Shown here: piece by piece, positions 23,233 to 35,197 of the stretch
Numbering within the stretch: the first letter of the stretch is position 1
Layout of the letters: the number at the start of each line of letters is the position of its first letter
Source: Octopus vulgaris
Taxonomy: Eukaryota
Direction: 5' to 3'
DNA: 64,000 nucleotides
NCBI GenBank assembly: GCA_951406725.2
Contig: OX597817.1
Span: forward strand, 13,454,001-13,518,000
Translations under genes and position numbers: made by a program
The notes under the pieces: generated by a model
The model's input: only the letters and a program-made list of their open reading frames with translations
Databases searched by the model: none
Told to the model about the DNA's origin: nothing

Positions 23233-23664
23233 GTGGGCTCAGGTTGTCCACGTCTGCTCTATACAATCAAAAAGCGAGTTTCTCTATATAATTCAGTGTT
23301 ACAACTAGAAGCGTGGTCATAGAAATAAGGCGCAGCAAATGTTCAATTTACCTCTGAATGAAATTAAATTTCTCGCTTTTATCTCGCTGTATAACTAGAA
23401 ATTTTATGAACATTGACGCTTTTTCCGTGGACGAATCTTGTAATTTTATCTATGGCTCATCGGAAAAAAGCTATTTTCCTGGGATAATGTATCTAGGACA
23501 ATATTATATAGTGTGTTCTTTTATTAATATGATATTTGTGTCTTGAAAGAGATTTGGCTCTATTTCTAGCACGACAGTAGACTACATAGTGTTTTTTTCT
23601 TTTTTTTTTTTCTCGGGCGCTGGATTTGTTTTGGTGAAAGGTACAGCAAGCGTACCATTTAATT

Positions 23665-24065
23665 TACTCTCTCTTTTACTCTTTTACTTGTTTAAGTCAT
23701 TTGGCTGCAGCCATGCTGGAGCACCGCCTTCAGTCGATCGAGCAAATCGACCCCGGGACTTATTCTTTGTAAGCCCAGTACTTATTCTATTGGTCTCTTT
23801 TGCCGAACCGCTAAGTTACGGGGACGTAAACACACCAGCATCGGTTGTCAAGCAATGCTAGGGGGACAAACACACATACATATATATATATACATATATA
23901 CGACAGGCTTCTTTCAGTTTCCGTCTACCAAATCCACTCACAAGGCATTGGTCGGCCCGGGGCTATAGTAGAAGACACTTGCCCAAGATGCCACGCAGTG
24001 GGACTGAACCCGGAACCATGTGGTTGGTTAGCAAGCTACTTACCACACAGCCACTCCTGCGCCTA
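23665..24065 (-). mobile_element. tRNA-derived SINE, family A
   Basis: Full-length copy. Confidence 0.85.
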
Positions 24066-24388
24066 TGTGCAGAACATATTCAGTTTTTTTCCCTCGTTAG
24101 TCTTGTTTGGTATATCTTATTTTTATGAATATTGTGAAGTATCAACATTCATTAAAAAAACAAATATATCAACGAGAAAAAAGAAAGGAGAAAATCAATT
24201 TCTTCTATAGAATTTGTGAACAAAAATACGAAATAAAATCCCACCATACCGTGCGCATTCCTCACTGACTCAAATACCTGTGCACTTATTCCCCCCCCCC
24301 CCCCCGGCAATGTAACACTGTATCTATCTCACAGGTATCAGTACGCTTATCTCTTTATTTGCTTATATAGAAGAAAGGTTTGTTTTTT

Positions 24389-25182
24389 GGATCTTTTCGG
24401 TTTGAACGGCAGTTTTTTTTCTAGCGGTGTCATATGAAATTGTCACCCATAATTATGACCCTAGAATCGATCTATTGCATTTCAATCTGTTTTAGGGCTT
24501 AGGGGTGGGGAGAAGGGTATCTTTTTTTTCTTCACAAATGTAAATAAACCCAATCTGTTTCTTAAACGAGGGACATATTCATACGGCACAGAATGTTTTT
24601 TACCTCAATAGACGTATTTGATTGATTGGATGAAATTGAAGAAAAAACAACAAATATCTTACAAACTATAGAATTTTCTCAATAAAACCAAGAGAAAAAG
24701 ATGTTTTCATAGGTTTTGTGAAAGTATAAAAAAAATATGTGACACTCATTGCTTTCCTAATAAAAACAAATAAATGGATCTTTTCGGTTTGAACAGCATT
24801 TTTTTTCTAGCTGTGTCATATAAAATTGTCACCCATAATTATGACCCTAGTATCGATCTGTTGCATTTCAATGTTTTAGGGTTAGGGGGAAGGGTATCTT
24901 TTTTTTCTTTACAAATGTAAATAAACCCAATCTGTTTCTTAAACGAGGGGCATATTCATACGGCACAGAATGCTTTTTACCTCAATAGACGTAATTGATT
25001 GGTTGAAATTGCAGAAATTGAAGAAAGAAAAAACAACAAATATCTTACAAACCATAAAATTTTCTCAATAAAGCCAAGAGAAAAAGATGTTTTATAAACA
25101 CATTCTACCAGTATACGAAGTTTAAAATTTTTTAGTTACCCAGAAATTATGTTAAAAACTGCCGTTCAAACCGAAAAGATCC
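24389..25182 (+). mobile_element. MITE with GGATCTTTTCGGTTTGAACGGCAG TIRs: truncated copy (24389-~24710) plus complete copy (24776-25182)
   Basis: TIR at 24389 and 24776, reverse complement ending at 25182; internal sequence duplicated; a third copy lies inverted at 41033-41445. Confidence 0.8.
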
Positions 25183-25375
25183 CCCTCTTACAGTGACATG
25201 ATGCCATAAGATTTTACTTGTTTCAGTAAGCAACTTTAATAGAAAATGATAACGATATATTGACTAGTTGATCACGGCTAGAACGTCTTTCTTTATGTCG
25301 TTTCCTATAGCGGGTTTATGAAACACGAAAATAAGTTCATTAGGTGTATGTTCTCGTCAATAATTTACCAAGTAA

Positions 25376-25764
25376 TGGATGGAAGCACTCCGTCGGTTAC
25401 GACGACGAGGGTTCCGGTTGATCCGATCAACGGAACAGCCTGCTCGTGAAATTAACGTGTAAGTGGCTGAGCACTCCACAGACACGTGCACCCTTAACGT
25501 AGTTCTCGGGGATATTTCAGCGTGACACAGAGAGTGACAAGGCCGGCCCTTTGAAATACAGGTACAACAGAAACAGGAAGTAAGAGTGAGAGAAAGTTGT
25601 GGTGAAAGAGTACAGCAGGGATCACCACCATCCCCTGCCGGAGCCTCGTGGAACTTTAGGTGTTTTCGCTCAATAAACACTCACAACGCCCGGTCTGGGA
25701 ATCGAAACCGCGATCCTATGACCGCGAGTCCGCTGCCCTAACCACTGGGCCATTGCGCTTCCAC
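25376..25764 (-). mobile_element. tRNA-derived SINE, family B, young copy
   Basis: Perfect 11-bp TSD TTACCAAGTAA (25365-25375 and 25765-25775); intact CpGs. Confidence 0.9.
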
Positions 25765-26572
25765 TTACCAAGTAAACAGTAGTGATCGAACAGAAATTAA
25801 AAATAATTTATTTGTTTCTTTTCAAGTTTTACATTTTAACTTATTCTCTTTGACACGTTACTAAAATAGGAAACTGCCCCGGAAAATATGAAAACTTGCG
25901 CAGTATGCTTGCTGCGCTGTATTTACTAGGACCGTAATTAATATTGCAGAATAGAAGTAAATTGATTGGACCCGTTTTAGGAGCCACAACAACAATTCAT
26001 TTCATTTGTTTATCTATATAAAATGATTCATTACTTAGGCAGAGGCGTGGCATATTATATTATGAAGTTATATAGCCCTAGGCCAACTAAAGCTTTGCCA
26101 GTGGATTTGGTAGACGGAAAGTGAGAAAAATCCTGTTTGTGTGTGTGTGTTCGACCCCCCCCCCCCCCTCCATATCTAGAAAACCAGTGTCGGTGTGTTT
26201 ACGCCCCCCCCCCCCTCTAACTCAGCGGTTTGGCAAACGAAGCCGATATAATAAGCATCAAACTTGAAAAAAAAAAATCGACTAAACCATTCAAGGCGAT
26301 GACCCAGCATGACCGCAGTTCAGTGACTGAAACAGATAAAAGATACTATAATTATGAAATGAGTTCAATATGAACACCAAACTACTTGTTTGGCCCGCGA
26401 TCCCCACCAAAAATATTAATGTTGGTGTCGGAGTATATATATATATATATATATATATTAATCAATATAAGGGTAGCAAAAAATTCAATAGAAATTTTTT
26501 TTCGCCACCAGCGGTCTAGTGAGAAAGAAAAAATAGTCAACAGACTATATAATATACATTCAATAATAATAC

Positions 26573-26735
26573 TAAGGAATGGCCTTAATAGGCCATTCAA
26601 CTCACTAAAACGAGCAGCTAAACTCAAACCGCTAAATAGTAGTAATTCAGTAATTCTGATTTCTGAATTACTACTATTTAGCGGTTTGAGTTTGGCTGCT
26701 CGTTTTAGTGAGTTGAATGGCCTATTAAGGCCATT

Positions 26736-26740
<5 letters not shown>
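26573..26740. repeat. 168-bp fold-back palindrome (78-bp arms, 12-nt loop, one mismatch)
   Basis: 26573-26650 is the reverse complement of 26663-26740 apart from one position (a U-G wobble in plus-strand RNA). Confidence 0.95.
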
Positions 26741-26790
<50 letters not shown>

Positions 26791-26884
26791 CATACACACA
26801 CACACACACGCGAGAGTCCATAAGTCAAGGAAAAGTTAGGTAACGATCCGATTATAAGATAGTCGCCATATTCCCTTCCATATT

Positions 26885-26978
26885 GGCAAACTCTGATGAG
26901 CGTATGGTTATATAATCAGACTGTTTACCTAACACTCCATTGTATTCCTTGCGCGAAACCGATTGGTAATGTCAGCCG
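26885..26978 (+). ncRNA. Hammerhead-ribozyme-like motif (type I topology), probably from a Penelope-like element
   Basis: CTGATGA at 26893-26899; stem II GCGTA.GG/CC.TGCGC; GAAA at 26955-26958; stem III ACC-GATT-GGT with GUA triplet at 26966-26968. Stem I is imperfect. Confidence 0.5.
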
Positions 26979-27099
26979 TAATGGATGTATAATACTGTAC
27001 ATTTCGGATATATATTCCAGGTAATGCTATTAAGTTAGACATGGCCTGGACCAACTTCGGCCGAAGCTTTTATGTAAGTGATTTCCAGAGCCCTATCAA

Positions 27100-28747
27100 A
27101 GTGACAGTATTAACCTCAAAATATTTGTACATCTAACTTAAATAACGAGGATATATTGAACAGTTGTGAATTGACAACCATGGGAAGCCAACGTGAAGTT
27201 GATGAAAGCTTTAGGAAGCGAGTGGTTTCACTGAAAAAAAAGAAGAATGGCAATTTCTGTTATTACCAGGGGCATTAACTGATCAAAGAGTGTTGTTTCA
27301 AGAATGCTCAGGCTTTATGAAGAAACTAGTTCGTTTGTGTCAGAAAAAAAGTGTTTGGCAAGACCGTCTGATTCAAAGGCTGTTGTTAAGAGACCGTTTC
27401 GATACAGCTGCAGAAATTTCTCTCCTAGTAAATTGTGATTTGTGGAATGAATGTGTTTCGAAAGACTGTGACTTGTCGTTTGAAGGAAGCTGGACTTCAT
27501 GCCTATTCCCCCGCCATTAAACCTCTCATCAGTATGAAGAACAGAAAATTGGGGTTAGTTTTTGCCAATGAGCACATACTTTGGACAGACGACAGATGGT
27601 CGCATGTTCTTCAATGACGAAAGCAAGTTCAGTTTGGTTGACTCCGATGGTAGACAATATCGTGAGACGTCATAAAGTGCTTGAAAAATTGAGTGAAGTT
27701 TGGAAGCTAGGTGTTTAATTGTCTGGGGAATGATTTCTACAGCTGGTTTTGGGCCTTTGATCCAAATCCATGGTTATGTCAATGGAGCTATATACAAAAA
27801 CATCGTTCTGCAGCATTTTGTGCCATCTCTAACTCGTCAGCCAATCTTTATGCAGGATAATGCGCCATGTCACAGTGCTAAAATAGTTAGAGAGGTGTCT
27901 AAAGCTAAAAACATTACTGTGATGTACTGGTTAGCTTAGGCTCCTGACCTTAATCCCATTGAAAACTTATGAAAGATACTTGGTGAGCATCGACTTCCCA
28001 ATGTTAGATTTTGTGGGAAAAACTTCAGGAAGAATGGAATGAAATTACGTCAAAACAATGTGAGAAATTAGTCAAATGTTGTCGACGGAGATGTGCTGAA
28101 GTCATCTCTATATATATAAACGGCAAAATGTCTGTGTGTGTGTGTGTGTGTCCTTTATACAAATCCACAATTTTTCAGTTAGAGGGCTCGCACTTTCTAT
28201 GGTCATTCAAAACCGTCCTAGGGTGGTCGTGCACATCTTTACATTTCCCCAAATCACTCCGCAAAAGCCATTAAAAAAATCAATAGAAGTGACTTTTTTT
28301 GTGAATTTTCTATCCAAAACCCAATCAAAATGCCCGAAACTTGATACGCTAGTTGAATGCCAGCTAGCTGTATGTGATTGTTCGGAGATTTGGACAGTAC
28401 TCGCACGCACGCAGCTATATATGCATGCACTATCGGCGTTGCCGGGTCATAGTGATAGTTACAAATAAATGGATATATACATCTTTTAATATATTGATGT
28501 GGATTGTAAAATTTTCTGGCAAAATTTTGAATTATATTTTATGTCATATGTTCTCTAATTCTGCCCATTTTGTATTTTACAAATAAACATTTTTTCTATT
28601 ATAAATTATTTGGTTATTAATCACTTCCTACTGTAAAGAATGTATATACTTTAAAGTGTATACAGTGGAAATCCCACTCGGAAAAATGAAGTAGAAATGT
28701 AAATATCTTTATTTTGTATTTTCGTTCTCTAATTTTGGCCATTACTG
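27100..28747 (+). mobile_element. Degenerate Tc1-type (DD34E) transposon
   Basis: Transposase remnants from ATG ~27180: WSHVL-NDESKF, VWGMISTAGFGPL, FMQDNAPCHSAK, W..*APDLNPIENL and RRCAEVITNK. 3' end ...TTTTGGCCATTACTG. Confidence 0.85.
28105..28458 (+). mobile_element. Non-autonomous Helitron-like element inserted in the Tc1 transposase ORF
   Basis: 5' TC-TCTATATATATAAA, subterminal hairpin CGGCGTTGCCG and 3' ATAG. Inserted between A and T with no TSD; removal restores CAEV-I-TNK. Confidence 0.7.
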
Positions 28748-28749
28748 TG

Positions 28750-28753
28750 TATA

Positions 28754-28806
<53 letters not shown>

Positions 28807-28850
28807 ATATATATATATATATGTATGTGTATATATATATATGTATGTGC

Positions 28851-28912
<62 letters not shown>
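28750..28912. repeat. Compound (TA)n/(TG)n microsatellite
   Basis: Directly visible. Confidence 0.9.
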
Positions 28913-29399
28913 ACGTAATTTACTAAAATAAGAGAAATGTTGTCACGTACGGCGGTAGAATTAGAAATGTTTGAACCAGACGAAAATCAAATAACAATTT
29001 CTTCTAAAATTAGAGATGTGTTCAGTTTTATCATATGGCCACAAGGTAAAATATTTTGACTGTTTCATTTCACTGAATTGAATATTGATCGCATAATTTC
29101 CGTCGATTCGACAAACTGGCATTTTTTTTTTGTTGCTATTACAAAAACTTTTTTTCTTAACATATTTCAACCAACTCTATCAAAATAAGAAAACCGTACA
29201 TCCATTAAGTTTCAACCACCAAGAATGCGAACATTTTGTGACAAGGACTGGCTGTGTGGTAGTGTGAAGTCTTGGTCTCCCATATCACTTCGTTTACAGA
29301 TGTCGAAAACAGAAATTTGACATCGAAATTTTGCAGCCGATCTTAAAATATAATCTCTTCGCCACTCCGATTGCTGAACAAGGCTGCCATTGAACTAAG

Positions 29400-30115
29400 T
29401 TATTAAATTGTATTTTTTCCTGTTCATTTTTAATGGCCATACTAGTCGAGCCAGCTCAAAATTCTCTGCATGTTATATGATATTGGATTTACCACTCAAA
29501 TAAGAGTGTTCTGGCGAACATCTGCATTTTCAGTGACTATGTAGCAATAACCATTTTAGCCATTGTGAAATGTGGCGCGAATTGGCAATATGACGTAATG
29601 TCATATTGCCGAAGAATTATCATTTTCGTTTTTTTTCATATAAAGATTCTAAAGTTTCGTAAAGAATATTTGTCATGGATTTCGATTCTTTTTAGTCAAT
29701 TTGAGCAGTTATAAAAACCCTGGATTTTGGGTAAAATTTCAGTGTTTGTTGGATGTCACTGAACTCCACGACACTCACTCTTTTGGAGACAACTAAGTTC
29801 AATCTTATCAGGAAACTACGAAAACCTACGATACCGTTCGACTAGTGAATCGTGGACAGTTTTGAGATGTACTATTCTTCATATTATTGTTTATGCATAG
29901 AAATGGGATTTCTTCTCGGAGATTGGCTGCATATTACTATGAGGAGACCGTCCAGAAGAGTTGCAGGAGATTTCGAAGTCGTTTGGAGGTCGTGTTTGAA
30001 GCCAATTGCGATTTTATTGAATAAATTTACTCTTTAGTATTTCAAGATATTTTTATGTAATTTTGGTAAATATATCTGTTAAAATGAGATATCAGTGTTG
30101 TTTTCATTTTTGCGT
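29400..30115 (+). mobile_element. Internally deleted Tc1/mariner-superfamily relic
   Basis: C-terminal peptide EETVQKSCRRFRSRLEVVFEANCDFIE* at ~29941-30023 is typical of DD37D-like transposase ends. Confidence 0.45.
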
Positions 30116-30548
30116 ACCCTTCACATACTGTGTCCTCCACACATTCTGATTGAACCTTTGCGTCAACATGTACCTCCTTGTGACAACGTAGCCTTTAATC
30201 TAACCAAGATATCTTTGACCCGAAGAGAAGCCGGCGTTATACACCTCACTTGAATTTTACCACTTCTGAGGTTCCAGTCGCTATGAAACATATGTAGCCC
30301 GGATTTCCCATACTCCATTCCGTAACTCTTGTGTTCTTTTTCGCACACTCGGCAGCACTGGTTGCCTATCGAGAAATATAAGAACTTTTTTCAGCTCATC
30401 GTTCTTCGATATAAGAAGAAAAAAATATCCGCAACTTCCCGTCTCAATACACCAGTATTATAACCGAAAGTTGTCTTTTTTTTAATATTTACTACTGAAT
30501 ACTCAAAGCTAACTTTCTTACTACACCTCGATCCCTGGATCTTACATT

Positions 30549-30550
<2 letters not shown>

Positions 30551-30608
<58 letters not shown>

Positions 30609-31495
30609 GTGGGGAGAATTCACACACGAAAAAAAGGACGAAGACAGGTGGTGTAGACAACAAACAGATGTATTAGTATAACGCTCGGGAAATGAAAAAA
30701 GTCTTTAACGTTTCGAGCCTACGCTCTTTCACAGAAAGAAACAAGGATAGAAAATAAAGAATGTGTAGTGGCTAGCGATCTATCATGGCGAATGCGAGAC
30801 AAAGGGGTCACACAGGAGAGCTAGGAAGAAGGGGTCATAATAAATAGTAAATTTTGGGGGTGCGGACGAGGAGGTGGGGGAGATGAAGTCATGGATAGTG
30901 GAGGACACAATCTGTTCGTAGCTGGACTGGGGTCAGAGGGCAGTGGAAGGAAGTGTCTTGAAGTTGGCGGAAAGCTTCGGCTTTCTAGAGGTCCGTGCGT
31001 CACATCACCACGGCTTCACCCTTGTCGGCCGGTTTTATGATGATGTCAGTTCGGCGTCGGAGATATCGAAGGGCCGATGTCTGGGGAGATGTTCAGATGA
31101 CGGGGACGTCTGGAAAAGTTAAACCGGTCCACAGCACGCTGGCAGACGCCCGCAAAAAGATCGACTGCTTGGAACTAGCCAGGAGCAGACGTCCACTGGG
31201 ATGGTCGGCGGCCCATGTCGGCGAAGCAGTCCTCTTCATTAGATGGAGGTGGAGTGTCGCGGAATAGCGCACACAACATTTATATATACATGTGTGTGTG
31301 TATGTGTGTATATATAGCCGAAATTGCGAAGATGATCTGGTTCTTGACTGATGACTGAGAGCTTCGAAAGTCCCGTCCGTGTTTTTTGTCGTCTTCTAAA
31401 TGTTTCACGTTCTTGTCCCAGTTTGTGTATTTTTTTTTACTTTTACGTATATATATATATATATATATGTATACATACATACACCCCCCCACACG

Positions 31496-31526
<31 letters not shown>

Positions 31527-31532
31527 TCTCTC

Positions 31533-31610
<78 letters not shown>
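30551..31610. mobile_element. Microsatellite-bounded repeat cluster with a GC-rich core, probably Penelope-like remnants
   Basis: (TA)n/(CA)n borders, a degenerate minus-strand hammerhead-like core at 30703-30738 and a CpG-rich block at 30780-31280. Confidence 0.4.
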
Positions 31611-31614
<4 letters not shown>

Positions 31615-32409
31615 GCGGTGAATATATATAATTCTTAAACAAGAATATTATTGACAGTAATTTCGAAGTCACTGTAACCCATCAGGCAGAACGGATTTTA
31701 TATATTAAGATATATATATATAGTGAAGAATAGAGCTATTGGTATTATAATTATTTCAACAATGTGTGGTTAACAAATCATAAAGCATGTAAGAGAGCAA
31801 TGATACTGCCATATCGAATGTATTATAAAGATTGACTCTCAGTTATATATATATATAATCATATAACACTTGTGAACAAATAAATACTATTACAGTGGAC
31901 GAATTTACTTTAGTATGACGTCGTAAGAGTTGACTGATTGATTCAGGGAGGAGTTCATGTTAGAAATGTCAACGAGTAAAGTCTCTTGACAATATCATTT
32001 TATAAGTTCTATTCATTATCATTTGATTGTTGGAGCTGCTGTTTGTAAGAAATTTCCTTAGATCGGCAGTGGGGCAATAAATTACTTAGGGCCTGGTTAA
32101 ATTTAGTCATCTCAAAGATAAATCCCACTGCCAGGGAAAGCGTGGGGTCGCGTGTGAAATGAAGTGACCGATGTCACACGCACTTATAGTTATTTTGCTT
32201 AGGTGAAATCAGTTTTTGGAACTCAATATACTTACGCTTTAGAATAAAGCGTCAGGAGAGTACAGGGCGTAATATATGTGAACGAATGACAATAGAACAA
32301 GAGTTACACTATCATTAGCTTACAGCCGTTCTTCTGTAAGTAAAATTGCACTCAGAGATGAGTGTTAATGCAACATATAGCTGCTTCTGAGAGCATTAAT
32401 TGGCGTGTG

Positions 32410-32717
32410 TGTTTGTTTCAGTCATTTGACTGCGGCCATGTAGTCAAAGGTTTTTTAGTCGAAAAAATTGCCCCCAGGACTTATTTTTTTAAAGCTTAGT
32501 ACTTATTCTATCGGTCACTTTTGCCGAACCGCTAAGTAAACACACCAACACCGATTATCAAGCACTTCTTTCAGTTTCCGTCTACGAAATCCACTCACAA
32601 GGCTTTGGTCGGCACGAGGCTATTATCGAAGACACTTGCCCAAGGTGCCATGCAGTGGGACTGAACCCGGAACCATCTGGTTGGGTAGCAAGCTTCTTAC
32701 CACACAGCCGCGCCTAC
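32410..32717 (-). mobile_element. Family A SINE, internally deleted
   Basis: Head and tail segments present; middle microsatellite region missing. Confidence 0.7.
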
Positions 32718-32720
32718 GCG

Positions 32721-32766
<46 letters not shown>

Positions 32767-33087
32767 TACATACATATATATATATGTAGTAGTTCGCTGA
32801 TAGGTAAAGTTCCTTCTTTTTAGTGTTTCCAAATCCAAATTAAGAAATTTTGAGCTGACGAAAGAAATGCTGATTTTATTTGGCTAATCTTGAAACGTTG
32901 ACGTACTCAAACGATCTATGTACTTGTGATATTTTTCTGTATTTACCCCCAAACCTTCGTGAGCTGTCTGGAGTAAACATTATCTGAGAGAAATTTTTCT
33001 TTAAGTAGTAGAAATGCTAAGAAAATTTTTTTTGGCTGCTATTTCTACTAAGTTCAGTATGTGGCAAAGTAATTTATTTTACTAAGC

Positions 33088-33122
<35 letters not shown>

Positions 33123-33824
33123 CACACACACACAGATAGCCATTCAAAAACACAAACTGTTAACTTGAACATTTATAATTTGGTGTCAAATAATAAATAT
33201 TTTAAGTGGAGTTAAGTTTATGTGTGTTTTGTTTTTGGGTGGCTAAATATGTGTCTTCCACGCTATAATTGTTATGTATGTGTGTTGTTTCCTTTTGCAC
33301 GATAGTTATAAACTAGTGTCATCATCATACATACATTGTCTTTTGTTTCCAAACATCTGTGAAAATATGTTCAACTTTATAGAAATATTACCTTGCTAGG
33401 AAATAGTTGGAATTTGTTAGAAGGAGAGGCATCCGGTCGTAAAAAATTTGCCTCGACAAATTTCGTCTGACTCCATACAAGTATAGAAAGATGGGCATTA
33501 AATTGATGGTGATGATGATATATAAACTGTTGATGCACGAAATATTGGATTTGAATAACTTGGGATCTTTGGGAAATTGCGTTGAATTCTGTCTATCAAA
33601 AGGAAAAGAACCATAACTTGAAATGTATCACGTGGTGAACCTTGTGTTCTTGAACAGAAAGATAGAGATTGATATGAGCGGTTTCAGTTGTAGCTGGGAC
33701 CTTTCTCAGAAGTCACCTACTCTGACTTCTCTGCTCAAAACGCTACATTGTTAAATGAGTAATTTGCCGGTATAGCGCTATTTACGCAACTCGGATTTAT
33801 CCGTTTGCGCGATCGTCTGATTCA

Positions 33825-34120
33825 TCTTCTTTATATATAAAAGTGAGGTTGTGTGCTGTCTGTCTCCTACGATTTAGATTCCTAACTACTCCCACATTTT
33901 GCAGTTTAACCAAAAGCGGGTATCTTATAGTCGTGATTCATATCGAGCCCTTCTGGGTATTAGCGCGCGTCTACGATGAGTCAACGATTAAAAAAAAAAT
34001 TACCATAATTTTTTCCCCATTTTTAATGCATTTTTTGCTATTTTTTGGCTATAACTCTCTAAAAATGCCTATATAGTTATTTCCCTTACAAATCCGAGCA
34101 ACGCCGGGCGATACTGCTAG
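33825..34120 (+). mobile_element. Non-autonomous Helitron
   Basis: A|TC start, CCGAGCAACGCCGGG hairpin and CTAG|T end. Confidence 0.8.
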
Positions 34121-34781
34121 TTGGCTATAAATAACTATTAGCTACGTATGATTCAGTCAGTAGAAAAATCAACTAGCAGATATTTGTTTATACTTGCCAT
34201 GTGTTCACTACATTTAAAAACAAAAATCAGCGACTGTTTGGAAACAATACCTTGTGATACTACTATATTGTTTGTGTGTGTATAGACACACACTTTACAG
34301 AGAAAGAAAGAGAGTATATTGCAACACATTTCTTTCTTAGTTGTTGAAGGTTGTAGTGCTTAGTACAAAATTTCGTTAACATTTTCCTTATTTAATGGTT
34401 TCTCTAGCGGACTGGGCAGTAGAGAACATTTTTTTTTCTATAGTTTCTTTCGTTAAGTTGGTTTTATTCAATAGGTTTAGACAAACAATAACTAAAGACA
34501 TCGATATAACTGATTCTCATCAAAGCGTTCTTAAAAATTTCTTGGTGTCTAAGTTAGATTTGCTTTCTTAGTATCGCCGTCTTTTCGACCATCTAATTTA
34601 CAAAAAAAATTGAATCTCAGTGCAAGTTAACCGTTCATTTCAGAATCTCTTGCCCAAACGATCGGTTTAGATTTCTTCCTTTAGGTATCAGGTAATGCTA
34701 AGTGCTATGGACAAACTATAGTTAACCTCCAGTTTCGATAATGATACGAATGAAGAGTCCAGCGTAGGTCGTGTATTAGCA

Positions 34782-34813
<32 letters not shown>

Positions 34814-35166
34814 CTAGCAGTATCGCCCGGCGTTGCTCGGATTTGTAAGGAAAATAACTATATAAGCATTTTTAGAGAGTTACTTCCCTTATAGATGCCA
34901 ATTCGGGCTTTCTTAGCCATTTCTATTTTGGTGTCTTCAAGCCATGAAGTCGTTTTTCTAAAAGAACGCTGGTCTCCTTGACAACGCTTTACGACGTTGA
35001 TTTCCTTACACTCCCTTCTCCACAGCTTCACGAGGGAGGGAAGAAGGAGGAGAAGCAAACAGAAGATACCCGAATTTGGTTAAACTGCACCGCAAAATGT
35101 GGGAGTAGTTAGGAATCTAAATCGAAGGGGACAGACACTCACACAACTACAGTTTTATATATATAG

Positions 35167-35167
<1 letters not shown>
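34814..35167 (-). mobile_element. Non-autonomous Helitron (same termini, different interior)
   Basis: CTAGCAGTATCGCCCGGCGTTGCTCGG at 34814 and TTTTATATATATAGA at the far end. Confidence 0.8.

Positions 35168-35197
<30 letters not shown>

Larger units (their letters stand above)
22400..23639. repeat. Long inverted repeat (arms ~22400-22756 and 23453-23639), left arm split by a SINE
   Basis: TTTCACCAAAACAAA.CCAGCGCCCGA...TATGTAGTCTACTG.CGTGCTAGAAATAGAGCCAAATCTCT...AAAAGAACACACTATATAATATTGTCCTAGATACATTATC.CAGGAAAATA recurs as the reverse complement at 23472-23639. Confidence 0.85.

Noticed and set aside
24492-24512. TTAGGG motifs suggesting interstitial telomere
   Set aside because: Only 1-2 units, and they are an internal part of a MITE present in three copies.
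25690-25764. tRNA-like sequences with A and B boxes (also ~6020-6097, 54564-54640 and family A heads)
   Set aside because: They are SINE heads continuous with SINE bodies and TSDs, with no complete cloverleaf acceptor stem.
26382-26828. Mirror-image ~145-aa ORFs on both strands
   Set aside because: Artefact of the palindrome plus stop-free (TA)n tracts.
31345-31375. CTGATGA...CGAAA as another hammerhead
   Set aside because: Stems II and III cannot be formed convincingly and no cleavage triplet is in register.
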